A stretch of 63,889 nucleotides of DNA, counting the filler, from Xylographa opegraphella (Eukaryota): NCBI GenBank assembly GCA_022813865.1. It is 4 parts of 4 records of this genome, joined end to end, with 100 filler letters (N's around TTAATTAATTAA, not from the genome) between each part and the next. Parts side by side here need not be neighbours in the genome. Positions count along the whole stretch, not along the records: positions 1 to 19,308 come from JALDZX010000142.1; positions 19,409 to 37,579 come from JALDZX010000144.1; 2 more parts are not named here. The stretch is one strand, 5' to 3'. The notes beneath the pieces are model-generated. The model saw only the letters and a program-made list of their open reading frames with translations, had not been told where the DNA came from and made no database searches. The position numbers and the translations under genes are program-made. Within the stretch, counting starts at the first letter, position 1. Each line of letters begins with the position of its first letter. Below, one piece after another: positions 10,919 to 22,359 of this stretch.

Positions 10919-13900
10919 ATGGCGAATCTCAACTTCCAGCACTCTGCTGCGCCGTTGCGTTCAATTCAAGAGGTCCAGTTCGGTCTTTTGTCGCCAGAGG
11001 AGATAAAGAACATGAGTGTCGTTCATGTTGAGTATCCTGAAACTATGGATGATCAGAAAATACGTCCTCGGGAGAAGGGTCTAAATGACCCGAAGCTCGG
11101 CTCGATCGATAGATCTATCAAATGTGCTACTTGCGATGAAAATATGTCCGAGTGCCCTGGACATTTCGGGCATATCGAGCTTGCCACACCGGTTTTTCAT
11201 ATCGGTAAGCGCATTGGATCCTAACCTCGTGGCCAGTATGTTTAACAGAAATCAGGTTTTATATCGAAGACCAAGAAACTACTAGAGATGGTCTGTCACA
11301 ATTGTGGCAAAATATTGGTGGACGAAGTTAGATAGCCCTTAAAGGATGACCGGAGTTTTCCCGTAGCCGTTTGCTAATATTGGTGCCATGCAGAGCAATC
11401 CTGAATTTGCAGACGCCCTACGTTATCGAGATGCTAAGAGACGGTTTGAGGCGATATGGAGACTCTGCAAGTCGAAATTAGTTTGTGAGAGCATGCCGAT
11501 TGGCGATGATAATGAGATGGAAAAGTCTAAAGAGCCAAAGCATGATCACGGTGGTTGTGGCAACCTTCAACCGGAAGTTCGAAGGGACGGTCTTAGTCTC
11601 ATAGGGACATGGAAGCCGCAGAAAGGCGACGATGATAATGAAGGGCAACTCCCAGAGAAAAAAAAGATCACTCCAGCAATGGCTCTCAACATATTTCGAC
11701 ACATCTCAGCTCAAGATGTGAAGAAGATGGGCCTAAGCAACGATTATGCACGTCCCGAATGGCTGATTATAACGGTTCTGCCGGTACCGCCTCCACCAGT
11801 ACGGCCTAGTATATCTGTTGATGGCACTGGTCAAGGTATGCGAGGTGAGGATGATTTGACTTACAAACTGGCAGAAATTATTCGGGCCAATCAAAGCGTT
11901 CGGCGGTGTGAAGCTGAAGGAGCGCCTGCCCATGTAGTCAACGAACACGAGAACCTTTTACAGTTTCATGTCGCTACCTACATGGACAACGATATTGCCG
12001 GCCAACCGCAGGCTTTACAGAAAAGCGGTCGTCCTGTCAAATCTATTCGGGCACGTCTTAAGGGCAAGGACGGCCGACTTCGAGGTAACCTTATGGGGAA
12101 ACGTGTGGATTTTTCTGCACGGACTGTTATAACTGGAGACCCGAATTTGTCACTGGATGAAGTAGGAGTGCCTAGAAGTATCGCAAGGACACTAACCTAT
12201 CCTGAAACGGTCACTCCCTATAATATCCATAAACTTCATCAGCTGGTTAAGAATGGACCCAACGAGCATCCTGGTGCCAAGTACGTCATCCGTGATTCTG
12301 GAGAACGGATTGACCTCCGTCATCATAAACGTGCAGGAGAGATCTCTTTGCAATATGGATGGAAAGTTGAAAGACACATAGTCGATGGAGACTACATTAT
12401 CTTCAACCGTCAACCGTCTCTGCACAAAGAATCTATGATGGGACATAGAGTTCGAGTGATGCCTTACTCCACCTTTCGGCTTAATCTCTCTGTTACTTCA
12501 CCCTACAACGCCGATTTTGATGGGGACGAAATGAATTTGCATGTACCGCAGAGCGAGGAGACAAGAGCGGAAGTCAGCCAACTCTGTATGGTGCCTCTCA
12601 ACATTGTATCGCCACAGAGAAACTCGCCACTTATGGGTATCGTCCAGGACACACTTTGTGGGGTTTACAAAATGTGCCGGCGGGATATTTTCTTGACTAA
12701 CGAGCAAGTCATGAATATACTCTTATGGGTTCCGGACTGGGATGGGATAATTCCGACTCCAGCTATTCTCAAACCTGTTCCGAAATGGACAGGCAAACAA
12801 ATTATCAGTCTGGTCATTCCAAAGGGCCTTAATCTCATTCGTCCAGGGAAGGAAGGATTGTCCCCTATAGACGACGATGGTTTATTCATTCACTCCGGTG
12901 AGCTAATGTTTGGGTTGTTGAACAAGAAAATTGTAGGAGCTAGTAGTGGTGGTGTTATCCATATCATCTTCAACGAACTGGGGTATGAAGTAGCCATGAA
13001 TTTCTTCAACGGATGCCAGACTGTGGTCAATTATTGGCTTCTTCACAATGGCTTTAGTATTGGTATTGGTGATACCATACCCGACGCGAATACTATTCAG
13101 TCAATTCAGATAGCAGTCACTAAACGCAAGGACGAGGTCGAAGCTCTTACCAAACTGGCCACTGAAAACGAGCTAGAGTCTCTGCCCGGCATGAACGTCC
13201 GGGAAACCTTTGAAAGCAAGGTCTCGAAAGCGTTGAACACTGCGCGAGATGACGCCGGCACCGTGACTGAGCAGAGCCTGAAGGATATCAATAATGCCAT
13301 CCAGATGGCTCGATCTGGGTCCAAAGGTTCGACCATCAATATTTCTCAAATGACAGCAGTCGTGGGACAGCAGTCTGTAGAGGGGAAACGTATTCCTTTT
13401 GGGTTTAAAGATCGTACACTGCCCCATTTCACAAAAGATGACTACTCTCCTCAGTCGAGAGGGTTCGTGGAGAATTCCTACTTGCGGGGTCTTACGCCAG
13501 CGGAGTTTTTTTTCCATGCTATGGCTGGTCGCGAAGGTCTTATCGATACAGCTGTCAAGACTGCGGAGACCGGGTATATTCAGCGTCGTCTAGTGAAGGC
13601 CATGGAAGACGTGATGGCAAAATATGACGGCACGGTACGGAACTCCCTGGGTGATATTGTCCAATTCGTATACGGAGAAGATGGTCTTGACGGTGCTCAC
13701 ATCGAACAACAACGACTTGATATCATCACCTGCTCTAACGCGCAGTTTGAGAGAAAATTCCGGATTGATTTAATGGATCCCAAAGCAAGTTTATCTCCTG
13801 ACATACTAGAGCAAGCTAATGCCATTGCTGGAGACGTGAAAATACAGAACTATTTAGACGAGGAGTGGGAGCAGCTGAAGGCTGCCCGGGAGTTTCTTCG

Positions 13901-16295
13901 GACAAAGAAAACCGACGATAATGAACAACTCCAATTGCCGATCAATGTCCTTCGCATTCTGGAGACCGCGAAGACAACTTTCAAGATTAAGGATGGCGCA
14001 CGAAGCGACCTGCATCCTGCTGAAGTGATACCTCAAGTTCGTGAGCTGCTTGAGAAACTTGTCGTGGTACGTGGTGATGATCCACTTTCCAGAGAAGGTC
14101 AGCACAACGCCACTTTACTTTTCAAAGCACATTTGAGGTCTCGCCTAGCTTTCAAGCGAATCGTGGTCGAGCACTCGCTCAATAAGCTGGCTTTCCAAAA
14201 TGTCCTCGGCGAGATCGAAAGTCGATTCTGTCACGCTGCAGTAAACCCTGGAGAGATGGTTGGTGTCCTTGCCGCACAATCAATCGGTGAACCTGCGACA
14301 CAGATGACTCTGAACACGTTTCATTTCGCTGGTGTATCCTCGAAGAATGTTACTCTTGGTGTGCCTCGCCTGAAAGAAATCTTGAACGTGGCCAGGAATA
14401 TCAAAACCCCAGCAATGACAGTATATCAAGAAGAAGGTATGACTGGAGATCAGGAAAGTGCCAAATTGCTCCGAAGTGCCGTAGAACATACTACACTTCG
14501 ATCCGTTACGGAGACTACTGAGATATATTATGACCCTGACGTGCAGTCGACCACTATTGCAGCGGACTTAGATATGGTTGAATCCTATTGGATTATCCCA
14601 GATGAAGCCGGTATTGATGCTCATCGCCAATCGCGTTGGCTGCTTCGTATAATCCTTGGGCGTCGAAAACTCCTCGATAAAGGTTTGACAGTGCAAGATG
14701 TTGCTTCCAAAATCAAAGATAATTACCCGACCGACCTAGCGGTCATATTCAGTGATAATAATGCTGATGAGCAGGTGATTCGTATCAGGATGGTTGCTGA
14801 TGGCAAAGGGGAAGATGACGATGATCTGGAAGAGGACGTCATGCTCAAGAGACTGGAGAATCATATCCTTGATACCCTTACCCTACGAGGTGTACCTGGT
14901 ATTGACAGGGCTTTCCTTAGTCAGAGAACCAAAATGAGAGAGAAGACAGACGGCGCTCTGGTCATGATCAAGGACGACCCTGAATGTTCAGAGTGGTTCT
15001 TAGATACAAGTGGTTCTGCTCTGGGACAAGTTATTACAATTCCGGGTGTCGACGCCACTAGAACTTACTCCAATTCGTTTATCGAAGTATTCGAAGTTTT
15101 CGGAATCGAGGCAACAAGGTCGGCTTTGATGCGTGAACTGACCGCTGTACTGGCTTTTGATGGATCCTATGTTAACCACCGTCATCTGGCTCTTCTCGTG
15201 GATATTATGACTGCTCGTGGCCATCTGGTACCTATTACGCGTCACGGCATCAATAAAGCGGATACTGGTGCATTGATGAGGTGTTCTTTCGAAGAAACAG
15301 TGGAAATTTTGCTTGAAGCTGCAGCTGTCGGCGAACTTGACGACTGCCGTGGAGTTTCCGAAAACGTGATGCTTGGCCAACTTGCCCCTTTGGGAACTGG
15401 TGAACTGGATGTTTTCCTTGATCAGAAGATGCTTGATACTGTGATTTCAGATAATGCTAGGTTTGGGATCATGAACTACGTTCAAGTCAAAGGGGCGACT
15501 CCGGCTGATGGCGCTGCCACTCCGTATGATGGTGGTTCTCCAATGCAAGATGACAACTATCTGGGGAGTCCGAATTATGGCTCTTCGTTCTCTCCAATTG
15601 TTCAGTCCGGTTCTCAAACGCCCGATGGTTTTACAGCCTATGGAGGCATGTCCGGTTTCAGCAGTGGTGGCCTTAGTCCTTATAACAGCAGAAGCCCTGG
15701 TGGAGGTTATTCACCGAGCAGCCCGTTCAACGCAACGCCGACTTCTCCTGGGTTCTCTCCCGCTTCCCCTGGCTACTCGCCTACTTCTCCAGGTATCAGC
15801 ATGACTAGTCCCCGCTTTCCCTCCTCTCCAGGGTTTTCTCCAGCAAGTCCCGCATATACGCCAACATCTCCTGGTTACTCTCCAACATCCCCTAGCTACG
15901 GCCAGGTAGGTATTTCTCCCACGTCACCGTCGTACTCACCTACGTCACCAAGCTATTCTCCTACATCTCCGAGTTACAGTCCAACATCGCCCAGCTATAG
16001 CCCAACATCGCCCAGCTACAGTCCGACCTCTCCAGTCTACAGCCCGACCAGCCCGCAATTTGGGGGTGGCTCTGCAGTGAAACAGCACTCGCCAACCTCT
16101 CCAACTTCACCTGCAAGCTACAGCCCGACTTCGCCGATGTATAGTCCAACTAGCCCCGTTGGCAGTTACTCGCCTACTTCTCCGAACTTTAGTGGATCGC
16201 CAACATCTCCGGGCTCAGCGCCGTACTCTGCTTCGTCACCCAAGTGGTCGCCGACATCTCCGAGTTATTCTCCAACTTCACCGGGGAACAATTGA
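10919..16295 (+). CDS. RPB1: DNA-directed RNA polymerase II largest subunit; exons 10919-11204, 11256-11326, 11394-16295
   Basis: Zn motif CATC...[28 protein letters not shown], catalytic [24 protein letters not shown] trigger loop, YSPTSPS CTD. Confidence 0.99.
15708..16292 (+). repeat. RPB1 CTD heptad region (degenerate)
   Basis: Five exact YSPTSPS units (four in tandem) among many variant heptads and spacers. Confidence 0.95.
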
Positions 16296-16499
16296 GTCAC
16301 TTGCGTTGAGGCGATGATGCAAACTGGTGCTGATTCATTTGTTCTCGACTGACACCAAGCTCTACATTTGACAACCGTTGCAGTTACTGTCGGACGAGGT
16401 GAGGAGTTTGTAACAATATGTTTGAACGACTCGCCTTCGTAAATATCTGTATTCACAGAGGAATTTGAATTGATTAAAGAGCGAGTCATGATGTGTTAT

Positions 16500-18798
16500 T
16501 ATTTAGCAATAAAATTGTTCGATTTCTCTGCATTTTTAATGAGAAATCGATGTTGTATTTTATTTCGAATTGAAATTTAAATATTAAAAAATTCGAGCGT
16601 GAAATACACGGGAATTAATCAATTATCAATTAATTATTAATTAATTTAATATCGATATAATTATATTAAATTTATCAGTAATTTATTAATAACTCGAAAT
16701 ATTTATTTCGTTTAATAACGCCCGCGGGCGTGTTAAGGTTCTCACCTTCACAGGGTAAACTAGGGACGTTAGGGGATTAACGCTCGATGATGAAACGACC
16801 CGGCTTTAATTGCCTCTCGTTGCTTCCTGGTACTTCTATGAGGGGCACCTGGGGGCATGGAAGAGTACTTCGAACAGGACTTTTATATAAAGTAAAGAAT
16901 TCCTTTTGTTATAAAAGGCGTATTTAACTTATTTTATAATTTAGCTTATAGAATAAAAGATTTCAATATAATTTTATACGAAAAATTTTTTTTTTTTTAA
17001 GAACGATAAATTTGTTATTATATTTTTTTTAATTATTTATTAATGAATTCAACTCAGATTTCAAATCAAGCTGTATCAATGAGATTCAAAATGGTAATAA
17101 AACGTTATTAATCGATTTTTAACGCGAATTGAACTCGCGTAATAATTATTAAATTGTAAATTATATATAAACGTAATACGCGCGCACAACTCGATTTTGC
17201 GAGCGAATTGCGTCTTGCGTAACATTCGTATATTTAATAATCAATTTTTCAATAATGAATTTATCAGCGAAAAACTCTCGTTAAAAACCTTTTAAAAAAT
17301 TTATTAACATTGTATATTTTTAATCGATTTAACGAAAAACTCTCGCGAAAATAAAACGCGAGTTTATTATAAATTTTGTTATAAACTTTGCGTAAATTTA
17401 TATAATTTGCGTAAAAATTTTCGCGAAAGTTTTCGCATTTTAATATTCGCGATAATACAAACCTGCTGCCTTTGATTAACAATTTGAAAAATTTGAAAAC
17501 TTTGAATTTTATTAAAACCTTGAATTTGTAACTTTAAATTTTTAAAAACTCGAGAGTCGCGCGTATCGCGTGTTTCGTACGAATTATATTTTATCAAATG
17601 GAATTTAAATATAAACGTTTATGATTTTAATAGCGTATTTTACGTAATTATATATTCAAATGAATTTATACGAGTAAAAAAATTGTAATTATTGAAATAC
17701 TCGCATAAATTCGTTAAAATTTAAATTAACGATATAAAACGCAATTAATCGATTTTTGACACGAATTAAATTTTTATAATAATTATTGAAATATAAATCG
17801 CGATTCAGAATATATTAAACGCGTAAAACTCGAGTTTGCGAGCGAATTGAATTTTAATTAAAATTCGTAAACTTAATAATTAATATTTTTATCAAGAATA
17901 AAATCCCGCTTTATTTACAAAATAACGAAAATTTGAATTATCATAAAGTCGACGACGTTAATACGCGAGTATATAATTTTATAATTATTTATAATTAATA
18001 TAACATAATTATTTATTTTTATATTTTATACAAAATATTTACTGCGTTATTGATATTCATTATGTTTTTTAATAAATCCTAAACCCGGGTTAATTATAAA
18101 TTTAATTATTATAAAACTTTATTATTAATTAATTTAATCGTTATTTTTACCTTTATAAATTATTAAATCGATTAAAGTATTTAAATAAAATATAATTACG
18201 AAAGTTATTATACGTAAATTTAACGATTAATTTATATAAATTTATTTTAAATTTATCATACGATTATTTTTAAAAAACTTTTTTCTATATTTATTATTAA
18301 TATAAAAAAATCAGTATTAATATCGACGTTGTAATAAATACTTTAAATTAAAAAAGTTTTTATTCGAATATATACATATTAAGTTTTGTTATATTAAAAA
18401 TAAAATATTTATTAATAAATTAAATAAATAGTATAAAAACGCGTCGTACGTTACGTTAATTATTATTATTCAAATAATTATTTAAAGCTTTGAAATATAC
18501 GACTTTAATAATATTTATATTTATATATTTTTAAAATATTACGTCGTTAAAAGCCGAAAATAATAATATTAATTATTTTTTTGTCGTTTTTCTACGAATT
18601 AAATTTAAACTTTTTTTAAAATATTTATTAATATGAAAATATTAATATTAATATTGATAAAAAAATTATACGACTTTAAAATACATTAATTATAAAACGA
18701 TATTAACTGTTGAGAATAACGTTATTTGATAAAATACTCTTTATATTGCCTGAAGGCAATATAAACGTTAATTTGCTTTTAAATTAGCGTGGCCGTAT
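16500..18798. repeat. AT-rich RIP-like degraded repeat DNA, family not assignable
   Basis: Sharp GC drop about 200 bp after the RPB1 stop; remaining C/G is mostly in CpG; internal duplication AACTCGA(T/G)TTTGCGAGCGAATTG near 17188 and 17827. Confidence 0.7.
16731..17099 (+). mobile_element. Solo LTR, family C (related to the LTRs of the 56292-63160 Gypsy)
   Basis: Starts TGTTAAGGTTCTC; its 3' portion aligns to the reverse complement of about 62797-63030 (AACAGGACTTTTATATAAAGTAAAGAATT...). TSD GGGCG/AAACG, the second copy being G>A mutated. Confidence 0.8.
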
Positions 18799-19202
18799 TG
18801 TAACGGTGGAGTTCCCTTAAACAGGGGGCAGAATAATGACAGCGATCAAAGATGTCTGATGTGACGATTATGACATCAGTCACAAGAAATAGGGGTCGGG
18901 CTGGATCAGGACTAGCACCTTTAGTNNNNNNNNNNNNNNNNNNNNNNNNNNNNNNNNNNNNNNNNNNNNNNNNNNNNNNNAAATCGTCCACCTAAAGCTT
19001 ACGTTCTAGGCGTGCTTGTGTGGTGAGTTGATGAGCCGTAACATCTGAGAGAGGTGAAAATGAAAGGGTTGTTTATTTAAAATTAACTATTGCCTTCGAT
19101 ATATAAATTAAATATAGCCAGAGTTCCTAGGACTTTTATTATATTTATATAATAATTTAATTACTATGGTTTAAAACCTTTAAAGTGTTCAAGTTCTTTA
19201 TA
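18799..19202 (+). mobile_element. Probable LTR (family D) interrupted by a family-B LTR
   Basis: Starts TGTAACGGTGG, GC-preserved; shares CCTTCGATATATAAATTAAATATA with 19537-19560. The right boundary is uncertain. Confidence 0.45.
18860..19043 (+). mobile_element. Family-B LTR with TSD TCTGA (contains an N gap)
   Basis: TGTGACG...GCCGTAACA flanked on both sides by TCTGA; matches 62392-62574. Confidence 0.9.
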
Positions 19203-19204
19203 AA

Positions 19205-19308
19205 TGTGACGATTATGACATCAGTCACAAGTAATAGGGGTCGAGCTGGATCAGGACTAGCACCTTGAGTATATAGTCTTGCCCATGGAGCAGCCTCATC
19301 GCTTCTCC
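19205..19308 (+). mobile_element. Family-B LTR, 5' part, truncated at contig end
   Basis: TGTGACGATTATGACATCAGTCACA...; near-identical to the start of 62392-62574. Confidence 0.9.
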
Positions 19309-19408
19309 NNNNNNNNNNNNNNNNNNNNNNNNNNNNNNNNNNNNNNNNNNNNTTAATTAATTAANNNNNNNNNNNNNNNNNNNNNNNNNNNNNNNNNNNN
19401 NNNNNNNN
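19309..19408. other. Artificial contig linker N44-TTAATTAATTAA-N44
   Basis: The same 100-bp construct occurs three times; the 12-mer gives stops in all six frames. Confidence 0.95.
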
Positions 19409-19696
19409 CTTACAACCGGGCGCTAGTCCTCTAGTGTTTTAGCTCCACCCTGCAAAGGGAGAACCTTAACATTAAGGTGCCATGTAACACGCCGTTACAC
19501 CCCCGCCCTGATCCAAATACACGTGCCTTTTAATAACCTTCGATATATAAATTAAATATAATCAAAATCCCCAAAACTTCTGCTATAATTATATAATAAT
19601 TTCCTTATTATAATAATAATTCTAATGGTCGTCCTAGTACCTTGTGCCCATATTATAATTATTATTATTAACTGCTCGGTCTAGGCTATTCTATCA
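19409..19696. mobile_element. Nested LTR fragments: family C end (19409-19471, -), family A end (19472-19499, -), family F body (19500-19696, +)
   Basis: GAGAACCTTAACA is the reverse complement of the 16731 start; TTAAGGTGCCATGTAACACGCCGTTACA is the reverse complement of the family A start; CCCCCGCCCTGATCCAAATACACGTGCCTTTTAATA recurs near 38134. Confidence 0.75.
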
Positions 19697-19918
19697 TCCG
19701 GGCTGCCCTCAGGGCCTTACCCTGTCATGATGCTTGGCGGTCCGTGACAGCTCGCTTCCTCGCAACAAGCCCGGGAAAACTTTTAACCCGCAGGGGTCTA
19801 GTGCGACGTCTGAGGCAATGAGGCAAACCATGGCAACAGATCGTGTATCAAGCTCGTTTCTCTTCCAGCAGCTAGGCGTGGTGGCCACCATCGGATCTGC
19901 TTCACACCTCCCAATGCG

Positions 19919-21292
19919 ATGAGTAACCTTGATCAGTTTGCAGCCTACCCCTTGCGACATAGATGAAAGCTTACCTCGTCCAGAGCCATTTCCGAACTCC
20001 GAGCCTGCAGAACAATCCCCGAGTCCCAAGTCCGCGAGCTATGTTACAAGGCGCGCGAGCTACTCATAGAGGAGGGCAATGTCGTCCAAGTGGACGCGCC
20101 GGTCACAATCTGTGGTGACATTCATGGGCAGTTCCATGATCTCATGGAGCTGTTCCGCGTCGGGGGCGATGTTCCGGAGACCAACTATTTATTCATGGGC
20201 GATTTTGTCGATCGCGGCTTCTACTCCTTGGAGAGCTTCCTCCTCTTGTTGTGCCTCAAAGTCCGCTACCCAGATCGGATTACGCTGATAAGAGGGAACC
20301 ACGAATCACGACAGATTACGACGGTATACGGGTTTTATGACGAATGTCTGCGCAAATACGGGAGCGCAAATGTCTGGAGGTACTGCTGCGAAGTGTTCGA
20401 CTATTTAGCCCTCGGTGCGCTTGTCCTGGGGACAAGTGCTGGATTGGAGCCTACGGGCAATGCTGATCGGGATACACAAACGACATTACCGATTGATGAC
20501 GACGATATTGAGATCGAAATCATGAATGCGAGTAACGAGGTCACTGCGCGCTTTTCACGTAATCGACGACGACCTCGAGAGCACGAATCTGCCTTGGGTT
20601 CATCCCCGACCACCGGTCCGACTTCTGGCACGATGTCGAGGAATGGGCCAGCAGGCACAGGGGCTACTGGGGATAGTGGAGGGTCAAGAGACAGCTGTGG
20701 TGGCGCTGTGCTTTGTGTGCACGGAGGGCTGAGTCCGCTAGTAGAAACAATAGACAAGATTCGATTGCTCGATCGGAAACAAGAAGTGCCGCATGAAGGG
20801 GCCATGTGCGACTTGCTGTGGAGCGATCCCGACGAGATTGATGGATGGGGACTCTCGCCACGTGGTGCCGGTTTCCTGTTCGGCGCCGACATCGTGAAGC
20901 GATTCAACCACGTCAACGACTTGTCATTGGTGGCCAGAGCGCATCAGCTGGTGATGGAGGGATTTAAGGAGATGTTCGACTCGAGTATTGTGACGGTATG
21001 GTCGGCTCCGAACTACTGCTATCGATGTGGAAATGTGGCTGCCATTCTCGAGTTGGGTGAAGACACAAGCAATGGCGGGATCATCGCCCGGAGTAATGGG
21101 GATGCAGGCAGACTTCAAGCCTTAACACCAGTACCAGCTGAGCCACGGACGGGACCGGGAAGGAGATACAGAGTCTTCGAGGCTGCACCACAGGACTACA
21201 AGGGCATGCCAGCGAAGAAGCCTGTGGCAGACTACTTTCTTGTGAGTGCGGCCTTTCTCGTCCTTGACCTCGGCTAACAAGAGTGGCAGTAA
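19919..21292 (+). CDS. PPH3: Ser/Thr protein phosphatase 4 catalytic subunit; exons 19919-19935, 19984-21241, 21290-21292 (stop only)
   Basis: [14 protein letters not shown]...; GDIHG, GDFVDRG, RGNHE and SAPNYC motifs; PP4-type [16 protein letters not shown] and C-terminal KKPVADYFL. Confidence 0.92.
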
Positions 21293-21688
21293 ATCATCAC
21301 GGTGTCGTCTCTTTCCCAAAGACTACGACGCAAGCAGCATAAAACTTAGAGATACCCTAGATAGATAGAGCATAAAGAAACTGTAAATACCTTTGGTCGT
21401 ACCGTTGGGCAAATGTTGCAAGGATTTTGTAGACATCATGATCACGGCATTGCAATTTGGCTCAAAAGTGCGTTATCTCTCCGGCGCACATTAAAAAGTC
21501 ATTTGAAACAAGAGTATCTATCCACTGCGGTACAGATGGATCAAAATCGTCCGAGAACAGAAGTGTAAAGACATAGGCACAACAACACAGCCAGGGTAGC
21601 AACAACAAAGGTATCCTTCAGGTACCGATGACACATGTCCATCCCGCCATGTATCTAAACATTGCTACACTTACGCCTCAACCCGCTC

Positions 21689-22359
21689 TCAAGCGTGTGC
21701 GTGAACCTCCACAGCTCCGCTCCTGTGCCACGTAGCCAGCCTGCATCCGCAGTGTCCACACATGTGAACAACGTCCTTCAAACTGTTCATGCAGAAGGGG
21801 ATGCAGCCGAGGCAGAAGCAAACACAGAGACCAAGAGCCCAGGCACTAGCAGAAGGATCTGTTAGCTAACGCTCAACGAGTGCGACCAGAAATCAAAAGG
21901 CGAGTTATGAGCACGTACTAGGTGGTGTTGCCGGACTCGTATTGAACGCGTGTCATAGCTCGGGTGCCACAAGCTGGGCAATCAACCGGAGTTGGTCCTT
22001 GACCGATAGACGCAAGAGGTGTAGCATTTTGGTACTGCATTTGTTGGGGTTGTTGAGGCATCATATTTCCTGCTGGAACTTGCTTCATCTCGTTGCCGTA
22101 CGTTTGTTGCCCTTGAGGCATGGCGCCCTGGTTATTGTGCACACTCATGTCTTGCTGATATTCTTGCTGATATCTATCATCACAGGTTTAGGCTGGGTTG
22201 AGAATTGTTTCGGCTCAATGAACGTACGTTTGTTGAGGTTGCTGGACCGGCATAGAATGCTCTTGGTAAGGAGGGACTGTGGTAGAAAGTAAGTTTCAAT
22301 GCTTGGGGAGACTCTATTCGAGAATTCAAAGACTGACCGTTAGACTTCATATCAGCCAT
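21689..22359 (-). CDS. LITAF-like zinc-ribbon protein, 4 exons
   Basis: Spliced reading MADMKSNVPPYQEH...Q/P-rich...PTPVDCPACGTRAMTRV...AWALGLCVCFCLGCIPFCMNSLKDVVHMCGHCG...: the CxxC, hydrophobic stretch, HxCxxC pattern of LITAF, with a PPY motif. GT-AG introns. Confidence 0.88.

Noticed and set aside
19353..19364. TTAATTAATTAA motif repeated three times (also at 37624 and 54886)
   Set aside because: Always centred in exactly 44+44 Ns; it is a six-frame-stop assembly linker, not biology.
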